Position numbers and translations under genes: made by a program. Below, piece by piece: positions 48,315-61,283 of a stretch of 64,000 nt of DNA. The stretch is from Gekko japonicus (Eukaryota), in NCBI RefSeq assembly GCF_001447785.1, contig NW_015177076.1:109509-173508 (forward strand). The letters run 5' to 3'. The first letter of the stretch is position 1. Every line of letters starts with the position of its first letter. The notes under the pieces are model-generated. The model searched no databases, was not told where the DNA came from, and saw only the letters and a list, made by a program, of their open reading frames with translations.

Positions 48315-49370
48315 AGAGCGAAGTAGTGTGGCCAAGTTTGCAGATGACGCAAAATTATTCAGGATGGTGAAAATCAAGGCTGACTGTGAAGAGCTCCAAG
48401 AGGACCTCCACAAACTGGGTGAGTGGGCGACAATGTGACAAATGAAGTTCAGTGTCGGTAAGTGTAAGGTGATGCACAGTAGGACGGAAAAAAAATCCCA
48501 ACTTCAAGTATAGGCTAATGGGGTTTGAACTGGCTGAGACAGAGAGGGAAAAAGGTCTTGGGGCTGTAGTGGATAGCTCAGTAAAGGTGTCAACCTAGTG
48601 TGCTGCAGTGGTGAAAAAGGCAAACTGTACGTTAGGGATTATTAGGAAAGGGATTGATGCCAACTCTACAGGATTGAGAATAAAATGGCTGATATTATAA
48701 TGGTGCAGCCTCATTTGGAATACTGCGTACAGTTCTGGTCACTGTATCTCCAAAAGGACATTGCCCTTCTCTGTACTTTTTCCAGCTCTGCAACCAAGAT
48801 GATGAGGGAGTTGGAGCACCTTCCCTATGAGGACAGGCTGAAGAGTCTGGGACTTTTCAGTTTAGACAAGAGAAAACTAAGGGGGGGGGGACATGATAGA
48901 AGTTTATACAAGTATAAATGTGATGGAGAGAGTTGACAGAAAATTTCTCCCTCTCCCAAAATACTAGAACTTGAGGGCATCCAATGAAGCTAATGGTCAG
49001 TAGGTTCAGGACGGACAAAAGGAAATTCTACTTTATACAGAGAATGATTAAACTGTGGAATTTGCTGCCAGAGGATGCAGTGATGGCCACAGGAATAAAC
49101 AGCTTTAAAAGGGGCTTAGATAGATTCATGGGGGATAGGTCTATCAGTGGTTACTAGCCATGGTGATTGAGGGGAACCTCCACATTCAGAGGCACTAAAC
49201 CTCTGAATCCAGAGCCAGGAGGCAACATCGGGGAGGGCCTTGGCCTTTGTAACCTATTGTTGACCCTTCAGAGGAACTGGTTGGCCACTGTGAGAGACAG
49301 GATGCTGGACTAGATGGTCCTTTGGTCTGATCCAGCAGGGCTCTTCTTATGTTCTTATGCTATGTTCTTA
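48315..49370 (+). mobile_element. CR1 LINE 3' fragment, degenerate
   Basis: [19 protein letters not shown] and [13 protein letters not shown] motifs; TTCTTATG tail. Confidence 0.9.
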
Positions 49371-50763
49371 CCCCCTGGATTTTATATTTAGAACTACTTG
49401 TGCTATTTGCTTTTACTGGGTAACTGCAGCTCTTATTTATTTATTTCATTTATATGCCAGCTTTCTCCCTAATGGGGACCCAGAATGGCTTATGTTGTTC
49501 ACCTGTCTTCCACTTTCTCCTCACAACAACCCTGTGAGGTAGGTTAGACTGAGAGTGGTTGGCCCGAGGTCACCCAGTGAGTTTCCATGGCAGAGTTGGG
49601 ATTCAAACCTGAGGTATCACAGATCCTAATGTTCAATTTGATAAGCATTCCAACACTAGCTTTCCTCCACTACCTTTCCTCTGTGGCAAAGCCCATAAAC
49701 ATTAAGGGAAGCTTTAAAAAAAAACTAAGTAAAGGTTTAGTAAATGGTGAGAAAATGAGGCTAGGAATGGAAGGAATGTCCCAAGGCAGAAGACGTAAAA
49801 GTTCACAAACTGGGGTATTCATATTTGTGTACGGAGGTCTTGTCTTTGGTGGCATACCTGTGATGCCTGAGCAGCAGAGTACAACACAGCAGTTACAATA
49901 GTAGTGAATGCACTGGATGGAGGAGAGGAATTTTGTATACCAGTGATAAAATATTACATCATTGTGCTGGGAAAAATATAACATTGCTGTATTGGAACTG
50001 CCACTTGAGGGAATATTACTGGAAAGGCTGCAGGATATCAACCTCCTAAGAATAGTTTCCGTCTGCTTGATTATGAGCCTGGCAAAAGAAAAAACAGTGA
50101 AATATTAATTATGTGATTTAAAAAAATATTTAATCATATTGCTCTCTCTCCCAACCCCACCCTTACTTTAACTAAAATATTGTTTGGACTTTAGAGATTG
50201 TACAATTGATATTAAAGGCACTTTTAATATTTTTAAATGTTTACTGCTTTGTTGGTATTTTAGAACAACGGTTAAAATAATCCAAATTTCCCTTTTATTA
50301 AAGGAATAGTAAATGTTTTCCAAAACATTTGTACTTGAAAAGCATACAGAGACTTCCAAGCACTTTCAAAACATCTCTCATTTAATTGTCTCAATCTTGT
50401 CTGCCTTCCATTTCAGTCCTGCTTAGTTTCAGAAAGTAACTGTATTTATTTTATTAAAACACTTATACCCTGCCTTTCCTTGTGGTTCATTGTCAGTACC
50501 ATGGTCTCTGAAATTATTTTTGATTATGTTCTGTACAAAAGAGTTTACAATAGTGTGTGCGCTTTTGTTATAAAAGATAGAACTTCTTGATTGAATCTTG
50601 TTGGGGCGAAACTTGCTACTAAAAGCTTTCAACTTTGATGAAGCAAGGAAGACAGAAGGGACTGTTAATGCAGATAAATAATGTAATGTAGGGTCACCAC
50701 CTGCTGCTTGTCTCAAAATGTTGTGATGACAGTTTTAATGATGGTCTTTTTTAAATTTTGCAG

Positions 50764-50850
50764 GTAGTTGATGCATCTTCTCTAAGCTGGAGCACCAGGT
50801 TGAAAGGTTTCATAGCGTGTTTTGCTTTAGGAGTTCTCTGCTCTATTTTG
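50764..50850 (+). CDS. SFT2D2: SFT2D2 exon 2
   Basis: 87 nt, VVDASSLSWSTRLKGFIACFALGVLCSIL. Confidence 0.94.
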
Positions 50851-51504
50851 GTAAGACTCCCATCTCCCTTCTATCAGCTTTTGTCAGATAAAGTTTAGAT
50901 GTTTGTCATGTTTCATTCCTAAGTGTCTAGAAAGCCATTTATGGTCATTTATTTGTTTGTTTGTTTGTTCAATTTATACCCCTCCCTCCCTGCCGAGGCA
51001 GGCTCAGAGTGGCTTACATGGAAAATAAAACCTATAAATAACAATTGTGACAATCATAAAAGCATCTAGAAACAATTCAGTATATAAAAAAATTCAACAT
51101 CATAAAGTGGTAGCAGTATCTATATTAATACAATTGCTTGGCATTCTTCTTGCTTGTATCCTAGCTACACAACAAGATTTGGTTCGGTATGGGCAAATAG
51201 TTTTGAAATTAATATGTAGATCAGGGGATTTATCTGTTCTCTTTTGAACTGGCAATATGAAAGTCTAAATGCTTCCAGTCATCATGGATGTTGACAGACC
51301 TGAAATTCATGATCTGGGGTACATAAAGATGCATTTAAAACTCCCAGAAGTTGCAGCACAAATTTATATATATTCTGTGGAATGAAGCCCACCTTTCAGA
51401 ATGCCAGTGGCAGACATACTAATCGAGAAATTGAATGCATATTGTCTTCCCTCATCCAATATTTTCAGGTGGGCTAAACAGATTTTTTTTTTTGCCCTGA
51501 CCTG

Positions 51505-51697
51505 GATAACCCAGGCTAGCCCGATCTCATCAAGTGTTAAAAGCTAAGCAGAATCAGCTCTGGTTTCTACTTGGAGGGAGACCAGCAGGGAAGTCTAGGG
51601 TTGCTACACAGAGGTAGGCAATGACATACCATCTTTGAATGTCTCTTGCCTTGAAAACTGTACAGAGCTACCATAAGTCAACTGTGATTTGATGCCC
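51505..51697 (+). mobile_element. 5S rRNA-derived SINE
   Basis: GCCCGATCTCATC..AAGCTAAGCAG..TACTTGGAGGGAGACC head plus tail shared with 31562 and 60050. Confidence 0.75.
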
Positions 51698-51864
51698 CCC
51701 CAAATAAAAAATTGAGCTGTCCAGGTGTGTGTATTCACTTTGAAAAACTGCTTTGAAAGGGAAATGACCCCTTGATATCACAGGGAGCCAACCAGTCAAT
51801 ACTATATACAGCCAGTATTGGCTAAGAAGAACGACATTCTCTTAGCTCAGTTCTTTAAGGGAAG

Positions 51865-52080
51865 ATTGTGTGTCATGTGCTAAGTCATTTCCGACAAGAC
51901 CTATGTATTAATGGCCTCCCAAATGTCCTATCATTAATAGCCTTGCGCCAAACTGAAGGCTGTGGCATCCTTTATTGAGTCAATCCATCTCATGTTGGGG
52001 TCTTCTTCTTTTCCTGCTGCCTTCAACTTTTCCTAGCATTATTGTCTTTTCCAGTGAGTCTTGTCTTCTTATAATGTGAC
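51865..52080 (-). mobile_element. RTE/BovB-like LINE 3' fragment (further pieces at 53095-53292)
   Basis: Minus strand encodes HIIRRQDSLEKTIMLGKVEGSRKRRRP..RWID-type RTE C-terminus. Confidence 0.7.
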
Positions 52081-52363
52081 TGTTAAGGAATTTTACATGT
52101 CTTACAACTATGAGTCTATGCTGGTTTGCCAAATTTTAGAAATGTTGTATTTCGCCCCCACCCATGGATCTGTTCATTTTGACCTCTGTTTTCTTAGCAA
52201 CTATCTCAGTTAAGGGTTGGAGACATGCTGTTTCTCAGGGAAGAGTTTTATGGTGGTTTGTTCTTTTTGGAATGTAGAATGTATTCTGAACAGAGGTTAG
52301 AGAGAGGGAATTATGTTTGGGAACAGAACTGATGAGATGAACTCTCTTCAGAATTCTTTGCCT

Positions 52364-52716
52364 AAAAAGGTAAAGGTTCCCTTGCTCGAAAGCCAGTCGA
52401 ATCCGACTCTAGGGTTGCGGTGCTCATCTCCGTTTCAAAGCCGAAGAGAGCCAACGCTGTGCGAAGACATTTCCGTGGTCATGTGGCCGGCATGACTAAA
52501 CACCAAGGCGCACGGAACGCTGTTACCTTCCCACCGAAGTGGTACCTATTTATCTACTTGCAATTTCTTGCTTTCGAACTGCTAGGTTGGCAGGAGCTGG
52601 AACCAGAGACGGGAGCTCACTCCGTCATGCGGCACATTTGGGTCTCGAACTGCTGAACTACTGACCTTCCACAGCCTGCAGTTCAGCGTCTTAACCACTT
52701 GAGCCACCGCAGCTCC
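52364..52716 (-). mobile_element. Sauria SINE, full length
   Basis: Near reverse complement of 37638-37980; cctaaa at both ends. Confidence 0.88.
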
Positions 52717-54403
52717 TAAATCAATTTTAAAATTATCTAGGGAGCTACTGAATAAAATATTTTGTGAAGTCAGAGTGCCCTCTTGTGGATGGAGGAGTGG
52801 CTTCTAGTTTTAAAAAAGTTTGAAAACGAGAAGGATTGAGACAGCAAAAGTCAAAACACAGCTTACATTTTAGAGAAAAAATATTAAAATTTGAAACTTT
52901 TGTTCTGCTGTATACTGCAACTTTAATGATAATGAGCACTTCTGAGTTCGTTATTGCGGTTTCATATAATGCCTGAAGAGATACTCAGTTTTTCTAAATT
53001 TTCTGTCTAAAGCTTATTTCAGTCTGACTGCCTACTTTACCCTATAAAGGAAGGACCCTGTTCAGGGTGCTTTGCATGATCTCTTGCTCTTGCAGGCACC
53101 AGGACGATCATCCTTAAAAACATTGTATGCTCTGTTAGCCAAAAGCCTTGAGTGTTTCTCCCCTAGAGATGTTCTCGGAGAGAGGGAGGCCTGCCTATTC
53201 TAGGCCCTCCTGTAACAGTGACCCAAGTACGATAGCCTCAGTTTAGTCATTTTAGCTTCTAGGAGCACTTCAGGCTTGATTTGATCTAGAAGATTGTACC
53301 ATACATATTATTGTACAATAGTTGATTTTTCTCTGAAACGTATACACCATGGGGCTAGAAAAAGTCTGCTGATACCTTGTTTAACTGGAGTAAATAAGCA
53401 AGCTTTTCTCCATTTCACCATATTATTCCTGAATGTTTAATTCTCTTTATATGTTTTTTTTTTGCAATACTGGATTTTTAGAATTTTAATTTTTCACGGG
53501 TTTTGCATTCATTACTATTTAAATTGTTCTGTCTGTGCATACAACCTTAGGAACAGAGAACTGCTAGAAATGCAACTAGAGAACTGTGCATGTCCTTAGG
53601 AACAGAGAACTGCTAGAAATGGAACTAGATTTCAAGATGTTGGGCAAACCAGAAATTAGATTCTGGTGTTCTGAAACATGTTAACTCTTTTCTAACTTTG
53701 TATGTTTCTTTAAAAAAAATCTTGTGCAACAGTGACACATGGTAGCTAGAGTTTTACGGGTCTTAATGTGGGGAACCCGAGTTCAAACTGTGAAATTCAT
53801 GGTCACCTGTAGTAAATCAGTTTAATCTCTAACGAATGTAAGTGTGACCAAAACACTACTCTCAACTCCATGGATTAATCTCACATGTAACTGGATATTT
53901 TTTTTAAACTTGGGCTGGTTTGCTAAACTACAACTTCAATTGAACATTCTCTGTCAGTTTACGGTTGGGTTGTCAAGTCTGAGTATAATTTGTCACTGAT
54001 TGACCTGTTACAGCAGAGTCATGCCTATGTATTGTTAGGGATGGGTCTCACAGATCTATTCCCCTGTGGATGATGCTTTCCTCTGACTCAGTATTTTTGC
54101 TGATCCAGCAGACTCTTAATAGCAGAGGATCCTTCAACTACTACTAGATATGCTACTAGTAGGGGAACAGATACGCTGTGATCCAACCCAATGTTCCTTG
54201 TTTGGTGAAATCTGGATTTGCAATACTAATTCATACATTTGTAAGCGGATGAAATGATTTTGCATGAAAGGAGAATACTAGTTTATCACAAAACTTTATG
54301 CTCCATTAAATAATTTTTGAGACCGTTAGAATTTATGTTTAATAGCTCCTAGTTACAGATAGTTTGTCTTACAGACTTTTTTCCTTCTTATCTTCCTCTC
54401 AAG

Positions 54404-54489
54404 GGTAGTTGCCTGCTATGGGTGCCCAGGAAAGGACTAATACTGTTTGCAGTATTTTATACACTGGGAAATATCTTATCCCTTGGAAG
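54404..54489 (+). CDS. SFT2D2: SFT2D2 exon 3
   Basis: 86 nt, GSCLLWVPRKGLILFAVFYTLGNILSLG. Confidence 0.94.
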
Positions 54490-54809
54490 GTAATTTTGAA
54501 TGAATTTAATGAAATGCCAGTTCTTGAAATTCATAACCTATATTTTCCCCAGTTGTAGTTTAATATAGAATAGCTGACACAGAAATAAGTTATCATGTTT
54601 GTGATTTTCAGCTCACCTGGAATCTAGGAAGTAATTTAACCATGTGTATATATTATTCCACGTTATTGGAAATGTTCCTTCAGCTGCTTGTTCATATTTC
54701 AGCCAGCTCTGATGTTTAAAACTATTATCAACAAACCTCATTTTCACAAAGATTAAAGGTCAGGATGACAAAGAAGGCCTAAGATAGAGCGTAGTTTATA
54801 GTATACTGC

Positions 54810-55197
54810 TGTCAGCTATGTTGCCATGGGGGTTGGGATGTTCTTTCAGTGTCTGTGTAAATTGCTTTCACATTCCTTTCTCTCTGCTCTGTGCTGAAAT
54901 GCTAATCTCCAAAGCCGTACAGGTGGTAATGTGTGTTGTCTGCCTTCAAGGCCGACCGTGGGAGCCGCTCAATTCCCAGCTTCGCCTAGTAACACTTGCC
55001 GGCTTTCGCCCACGCGCGGGAGGGTGCCTAATTGGCCAGTGCGGTGGGGGGGTGCATACGAATGCCCTATATCTCATTAGGTTCAAGAGACAACTGCTAT
55101 TCTTAACAGTGACTATGTTACTGCATCTGTGGTTCTTCATAAAAGTATAACCTTTCTAAAGAAGTGTGTACTCCGTTGTTGGCTGTGGGTTCTGACA
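54810..55197 (+). mobile_element. Solo LTR
   Basis: TGTCAG...CTGACA perfect termini, perfect 5-bp TSD ACTGC, TATA-like and CATAAA signals. Confidence 0.85.
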
Positions 55198-56142
55198 ACT
55201 GCTAGTGATATTGGAAATTTTATTTCTTTGAAGATTACTTTAAAGCCTCGTGCCTGTCTCTATCAAATTATTATTATTATATTGCCAGTTATGGGAATTC
55301 CTCTTGGGAGCAGTTGCAAGATCAAGTATCACAGTAGTTGTTAGAGTTTTAATTAATCTGTGACTTGGAAGGCTCCTTCTGAATCCAGATAATAAGGAAT
55401 TGGCACCATATATACAGACTACAGGGATTAGTCATGCTTGATGTTGCCGCATTGGAATAACTAGAAAGAGTGGTTACTATTATCTGTGAAAATAGGAAAC
55501 AACAACAATCAGCATTTCTTGACCCAAAATACAAAATATCACCAGTGCCTTCTTTCTTTCTTAGAGGTGACTAGGTGAACACTTAGTTCTCAGTTTGAGC
55601 ATTGCCTTAGCTATATTTTCTTAATAGGCTTCCTCACTGACTCAGGCCCTTCTCTCTGTGCCCCACCTTTAGGAGCAATGGCTTTTTCTGCTGTGATGCC
55701 TTGCTTGTGGAGTTTTCCTCCACTGTTGTTTTGTTGTCACCTACTCTTCCTTTTAGACATGTACACCTCTGGTTGAGGTGTGTGTGAGATTTGTTTCTAG
55801 CTGTTTTATGGGGTTTGTTATTGTTTTATGTTATCTTAATATATTTTTATTGTATGTTTGTTTTGAAAGATGCTTTGAAAACTTTGTCCTGAGACTGGTA
55901 TGAATTTTTAAAAGATATAAATAAAATAAACTTTGGGAATGCTATATTGGGAAATAAGCATTGCTCTTTTGTATAGTATTCACCAACTTTCCTCTTGAAG
56001 TATGTAGTACTATCTTGGAGGCTAATGTGTGCTATGGTTCCTCTAATACACTCACAGTGCAATCCTGTGCAGAGTTACTCCAGTTTATGTCCATTGAAAT
56101 CAGTTGACTGCATAGAATTGCAGTGTTACTGTATTGTTTTAA

Positions 56143-56376
<234 letters not shown>

Positions 56377-57465
56377 TAAACTATGTAATTTAAACAACCT
56401 TGGTGTCTTTTGTATTGCTTGTACAGCATCCTGGAATATCCATAGTCTGCTTTAGTTCCATGTTGTCTCTAAGAAGTTAGTAGGCTTTGTAGAAAAAAAA
56501 AAGGTATACTAATGAATGAAAGGACCAAGGTTTCCACCCTGTGGTTAAAGTGGGTAAGGGCAATGTGAGATAATGTCAGTGGAGCTCCCTGCAGAGATCA
56601 GGCATTACTTCCCTTCCCCTCTGCCTTGCTATGATCTGATATGCCAGTTCCAAGATTGCTGTTGTAGCTATATTACATGTGCTAACTCAGTGTGTGTGCA
56701 TTCATTTAATTTTATTTCCTGTTGGAATAAAACTTTGGTAGTCTTTAAGGTGTCATGAGACTCCTGTTTGTTCTTGCTGGATCACACTGAAGTCTAGCCT
56801 TCTGTTTCTGACAGCAGGACATGATACTTTGGGAAAACTCTTTAAAAAAAAAGGGGGGGGATTAAAGTGACAGCCATGCCTTCTTATATGTTCAGAGCAC
56901 CTGGTACTTTGATTTGTGATTATTACTTCTGGACATGAAGGTTCTTTTCAGCTGTCCAGACTGATAGGAATCTATATACTCTCAAACTTGTCCATTGCTC
57001 CCTTTCTCTTTTTATTGTGACCAGATCTCCAGCTGATGTGTATTTATCTTTTCTGTAGGTGTGGAAGTGAGATAATAGAATATTTTTACAAACAGACTTT
57101 TGTCTAAATTTATAGAGATTGTTGAACCTGAGAACATTTTTTGTGATTGCATCTGCATGTATGCTTGCTATTAGAATGGTAGTTACTATTTAAATGCTAG
57201 TTAAATTATTTACTCACAGAAAAGTTTAGGAGAAATTAGATTAGGCCCTTAGCCTTAAATTTGCTGGTTGGGCAACTGAAGTATAGATGGGAGTGGGGAG
57301 GCGGGTTGCATTCCAAGCCAATGCAAAAATGTAAGTAGGTTTTTTTTTTAATGGTAACAGTTCTTACATTACCTTTAATACACTGTGCTCTACCTTCATA
57401 CAGGAACACATAACTGTTCAGTTGTCATGGTTTCTCTTAGTTAATAGACTTTTTCTCTTTTCTAG

Positions 57466-57501
57466 TTGTGTCTCATATTGACCTTGTGTTCAGCTTTCTG
57501 G
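57466..57501 (+). CDS. SFT2D2: SFT2D2 exon 5
   Basis: 36 nt, LCLILTLCSAFW. Confidence 0.92.
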
Positions 57502-57591
57502 GTGAGTACTTGAATTGCTAACCATTGCACTTTAATAAAATGTATAATACTTCGTTTTTAACTTGATTGTGATTATTTTTGCCTCTTTTAG

Positions 57592-57650
57592 TGGCACAAC
57601 AAGGGACTTGCGCTTATCTTCTGCGTGTTGCAGTTTTTTGCCTTAGCATG
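57592..57650 (+). CDS. SFT2D2: SFT2D2 exon 6
   Basis: 59 nt, WHNKGLALIFCVLQFFALA. Confidence 0.93.
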
Positions 57651-57837
57651 GTAGGTAACATCTTCCTTTCTTTTTTTGGATGCACCATAAAACTACTGAC
57701 TTTCAGAATAAAGCAACTAATGCCAGAGGATTGTTAGAGACTGTTGTAGGTGTTGATAAAAGGGAAGACAGTTTCTTTTCTCCTGATGTTCTAATATCTG
57801 TTTGTGGCTCCACGCATTGGGCCTGCACGCATTGCAG

Positions 57838-57915
57838 CCAGGACCGCGGCCATACAGCCGGGAAGATCTACAACAACTAATGAACTCCGGCCGTGAAAGC
57901 CTTCGACATCATATT
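57838..57915 (+). mobile_element. Penelope-like 3' end fragment
   Basis: GGCCATACAGCC..ACTCCGGCCGTGAAAGCCTTCGAC resembles squamate Penelope termini (recognised from memory). Confidence 0.5.
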
Positions 57916-60049
57916 AACCTCTGTTTGCTCCACTTGGGAAACATACATGTACAGAATGATTACACATAAGTTTCTCCAATATGAGTATGAGAAAATGGAT
58001 TTGCAAGCCTCTCATATTTCTTTTGGTTGGCCCCTGAGAGTTTGGAAAAACCCTTCAGCTGTCCCAAATCTCCGCTCGGTGATACTACCCCTTCCCTTTG
58101 CTTCCCAGGGGTGCCACATAGAAACTGGGTGACCTCCACTGCCACCAGTGACTCTGAGAGTATCTCATGCTGAATGGGTTTGCATGTTAAGCACTCTAGA
58201 CTTGTGCTGCTGTTTAGAGATCCTGTCTTGTTGCACCACCTGTCCACTTCACTCCTACCAGCTAACATGGAGGTGATCTATTGCAGCTTCACAATTTTGA
58301 GCAGGAAAAGCTTACCTGCTGCCCCTCCCTGTTACCACATTCCAGGTAGCAAGACCAAATAGACACGATGCGTTTCCAGAGATCAGGCTTAGAACATTCA
58401 AAATATAATAAATGAATTTAAAATATACATGGTCTGTCCATGCCTTCAGTCTGAGAAAGGGACCAAAGGAGAGGTGAAGACCCACCGTCCCCTTTCCCTT
58501 TTTTCAGTTTCTTCTCCTACTGAGCTCTTCAGATATCGGGACCAAATAGGTTTAGAACATTAAAAAATATAAGAAAGTTTGATAAATGAATGAAAAGAAT
58601 GCACATGGCCTGTTCAAACATCCAGGCTGAACTAGGGTACAACCAAAAGGTGAAAACACACATTCCCTTTTCCTACGCTCAGAACTTATCCTAAACAATG
58701 TTTAATGAGGACACGGCAGCTTGACTTGAAGTTGCAGTCGTTTAAAGTTCAGCATCACCTTAGTTCTTTGGGTTGGGTCTTCTCCCCATTGTCCTTGGCC
58801 ATGTGGACATGATGGACTCCCTAGATAAAGCGTAGTCCTCCATGGCTTGTATTTCCAACTTGAGAGCAAGATGCAAGAGAGTTTCCTTCTCATGTCCTGA
58901 GAATTGATCATCTACCTTGGGGATGACAGTCCATCCTCACTGGAGTCCTTCAAGTCTTCCTGTTCCACCAGGAAGAAGGATGTTTCTCTACAATGGGAAA
59001 TAGTGGCTCCTCAGGGTTTTTTCCAAGTTGGAGAAAAATAGTGTGCAGGGGAAGGTCCTGCATATTGTGGCTCCAATCTGAATTGGGCCTGCATGCTTGG
59101 AAGTAAGCGCTGAGCACAAAACAGAACTGAGCACAGTTTGTCGACTGGCCACAAGATGGATACTCAGGGGCTTTAGATATTACTATTTTTACATAAGGCA
59201 CATTAAACAGATTTCAGCCCAGCCAACTTGTTGCCATGTTCACTAATTTCGATGTGTGCTACAAGCCATTTGTGGGGCTATATCTGACTTCTAGTTAGAA
59301 TAAGCTACTATTTCTGCTATTGACATATTGCATCCTTTAGTGTTACCGGACAATATAGTGTTGAGATTTAATGGGATTTTGTACTTTGCAATACACCTGA
59401 TTTATATTGATATGTCTCTAATAAAGTTTGAATACTCCCTGAACAGATGAAGAGGGGTTTCTATTCTACAGCTTGCACATTTTCTGTATCATATCAAGAT
59501 CCTGTACCACTGATATGGACTGGAAATCATATGAGAGTCTGTGTGGGGAAGCCAGCCTCAGTATTTGTTCTTTCAGCAATTTCTATTTTTTTAAATTCAA
59601 GATTTTCTTCCCTTTGGCTTTATCTTCAATTATTTGAATTTCTCCCTCAAACTTCTATAGGCCCTTTTTGAGTGGTTTTTGCTTTTTTTACTTTAGTTGC
59701 CTTAAGATGGAATCACTGATATCTACCTTAAATATCTGTTCATTCCCCTGGTTTGGCCATATTAACCCTTTCTACATGAGAAACTGAGTACATGAAAAAC
59801 TGTTGCGAAATGAGGCCCTGGTTCAACTTGCAACTGCTGCAAGTATAGTGCATCAATGAGACAGGAAAGTAATGTGAACTGACCTTGGTTTTGGGTGAGG
59901 TTTTACATTTATTTATGCATACATGCCCCACCTTCCTCTGCAGTTGGGGACCCAAAGCAGCTTATACATCATACTCCTCCCCTCCATTTTATCCTAAGGT
60001 AGGTTAGGCTGAGAGTTTTTGACTGGCTTAGTGTCAGTAATCTTCCATG

Positions 60050-60238
60050 GCTAGCTGGATCTCGTTAGATCTCAGAAGCTAAGCAGGGTTGGCCCTGGTC
60101 AATATTTGGATGGCAGACCACCGCCAAGGTATACCAGGGTCTCTATGCAGAAGCAGTCAGTGGCAAACCAATCTGAACGTCTCTTGCCTTGAAAACCCTA
60201 CAGGATCACTATAAGTTGGCTGCAAATTGTCAGCAAAA
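60050..60238 (+). mobile_element. 5S rRNA-derived SINE nested in an older SINE
   Basis: GATCTCGTTAGATCTCAGAAGCTAAGCAGGGTTGGCCCTGG 5S head. Confidence 0.8.
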
Positions 60239-60280
60239 ACCCCCCAAACAAACCCACATTCCTTGGCAGAGTGAGGAATT

Positions 60281-60545
60281 CAGTTTGATGTAGTGGTTAA
60301 GAGTGGCAGACTCTAATCTGGAGAATGGGTTTGATTCCTCACTCCTCCACATGCATCCAGCTGAGTGACCTTGTGTCAATCACAGTTCTCTCAGAGCTGT
60401 TCTCTCAAGGGCGGTTCTCAAAAGAGCTGTCTCAGCCCCACCTACCTCACAGGGTGTCTGTTGTGGGGAGAGGAAGGGAAGGAGATTGTAAGCTGCTCTG
60501 AGACTCCGAGTGAAGGGCCGGGTATAAATCCAACTCTTCTTCTTC
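60281..60545 (+). mobile_element. Squam3-like SINE nested in an older SINE
   Basis: Head boxes and CTT tail; older SINE sequence resumes at 60546. Confidence 0.8.
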
Positions 60546-60829
60546 AAACCTGGGTCTTTCAGATCCTAGCCTGACAATGACCACTACACTGTACTTTGTG
60601 GAGTGGAGGTTAGGTTTTACAGAACCAGATATAGTTCACCAAGCCAAATGCAGTCTATTAGCTTCCAGTTTGTTTTTTTGCTAGGACTGCCAGATGTTGG
60701 CTGGCCGCAATCATTACTGGTGGGCTGTCTTTGTGTTGAGTTCATGTTAGACCTCTTATGCATGTTATGCAGGAAGAGAAGTGTGTGTTTCATCCTTGCT
60801 AATATGTGTTCCCCCCCCCTTTCTTTTAG

Positions 60830-60859
60830 GTATAGCATTTCCTATATACCATTTGCAAG
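60830..60859 (+). CDS. SFT2D2: SFT2D2 exon 7
   Basis: 30 nt, YSISYIPFA. Confidence 0.92.
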
Positions 60860-61243
60860 GTAAGCTTGATTTCTTCCATTGACTTCAGAAGTTGTCTAGT
60901 TACTAAAACGAACTTCCTCTGTGGCTTGAAAAATGAGGCTGATTTTAATAAAGTACCACTGTGTGAAAATTAGAGATTTAGAAATGAGATCATTACATAA
61001 TTTGGTAGTGGGATTCAAAATATTGCCCTTGTAGGGCTGGAATAACAATAGGTTATTCCAGTATAATAATAGTATAATAATCGGTTATTCCAGTGTAATA
61101 GTATTGGCAACCTGTAAGTCTTCTTGTAACGTGACATTTGTATGGCAAATATGCTTACAGGGAAATGTCTAAACACCTTCATATGGCTAGTGTAAATGTT
61201 TAAAGGCCTATACCTTTGTTTCATCTTTTGTTTTTTCCCATAG

Positions 61244-61283
61244 GGATGCTGTGAAGAAATGTTTTGCTGTGTGCCTCTCCTAA
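61244..61283 (+). CDS. SFT2D2: SFT2D2 exon 8 (to stop)
   Basis: DAVKKCFAVCLS*; spliced CDS totals 483 nt = 160 aa. Confidence 0.93.

Noticed and set aside
51505-51697. 5S rRNA genes (also 31562 and 60050) and tRNA genes at SINE heads
   Set aside because: Partial, diverged and fused to SINE tails; not functional RNA genes.
58350-58690. Diverged ~190-bp tandem repeat in SFT2D2 intron 6
   Set aside because: Only two degenerate units with no coding or structural signal.
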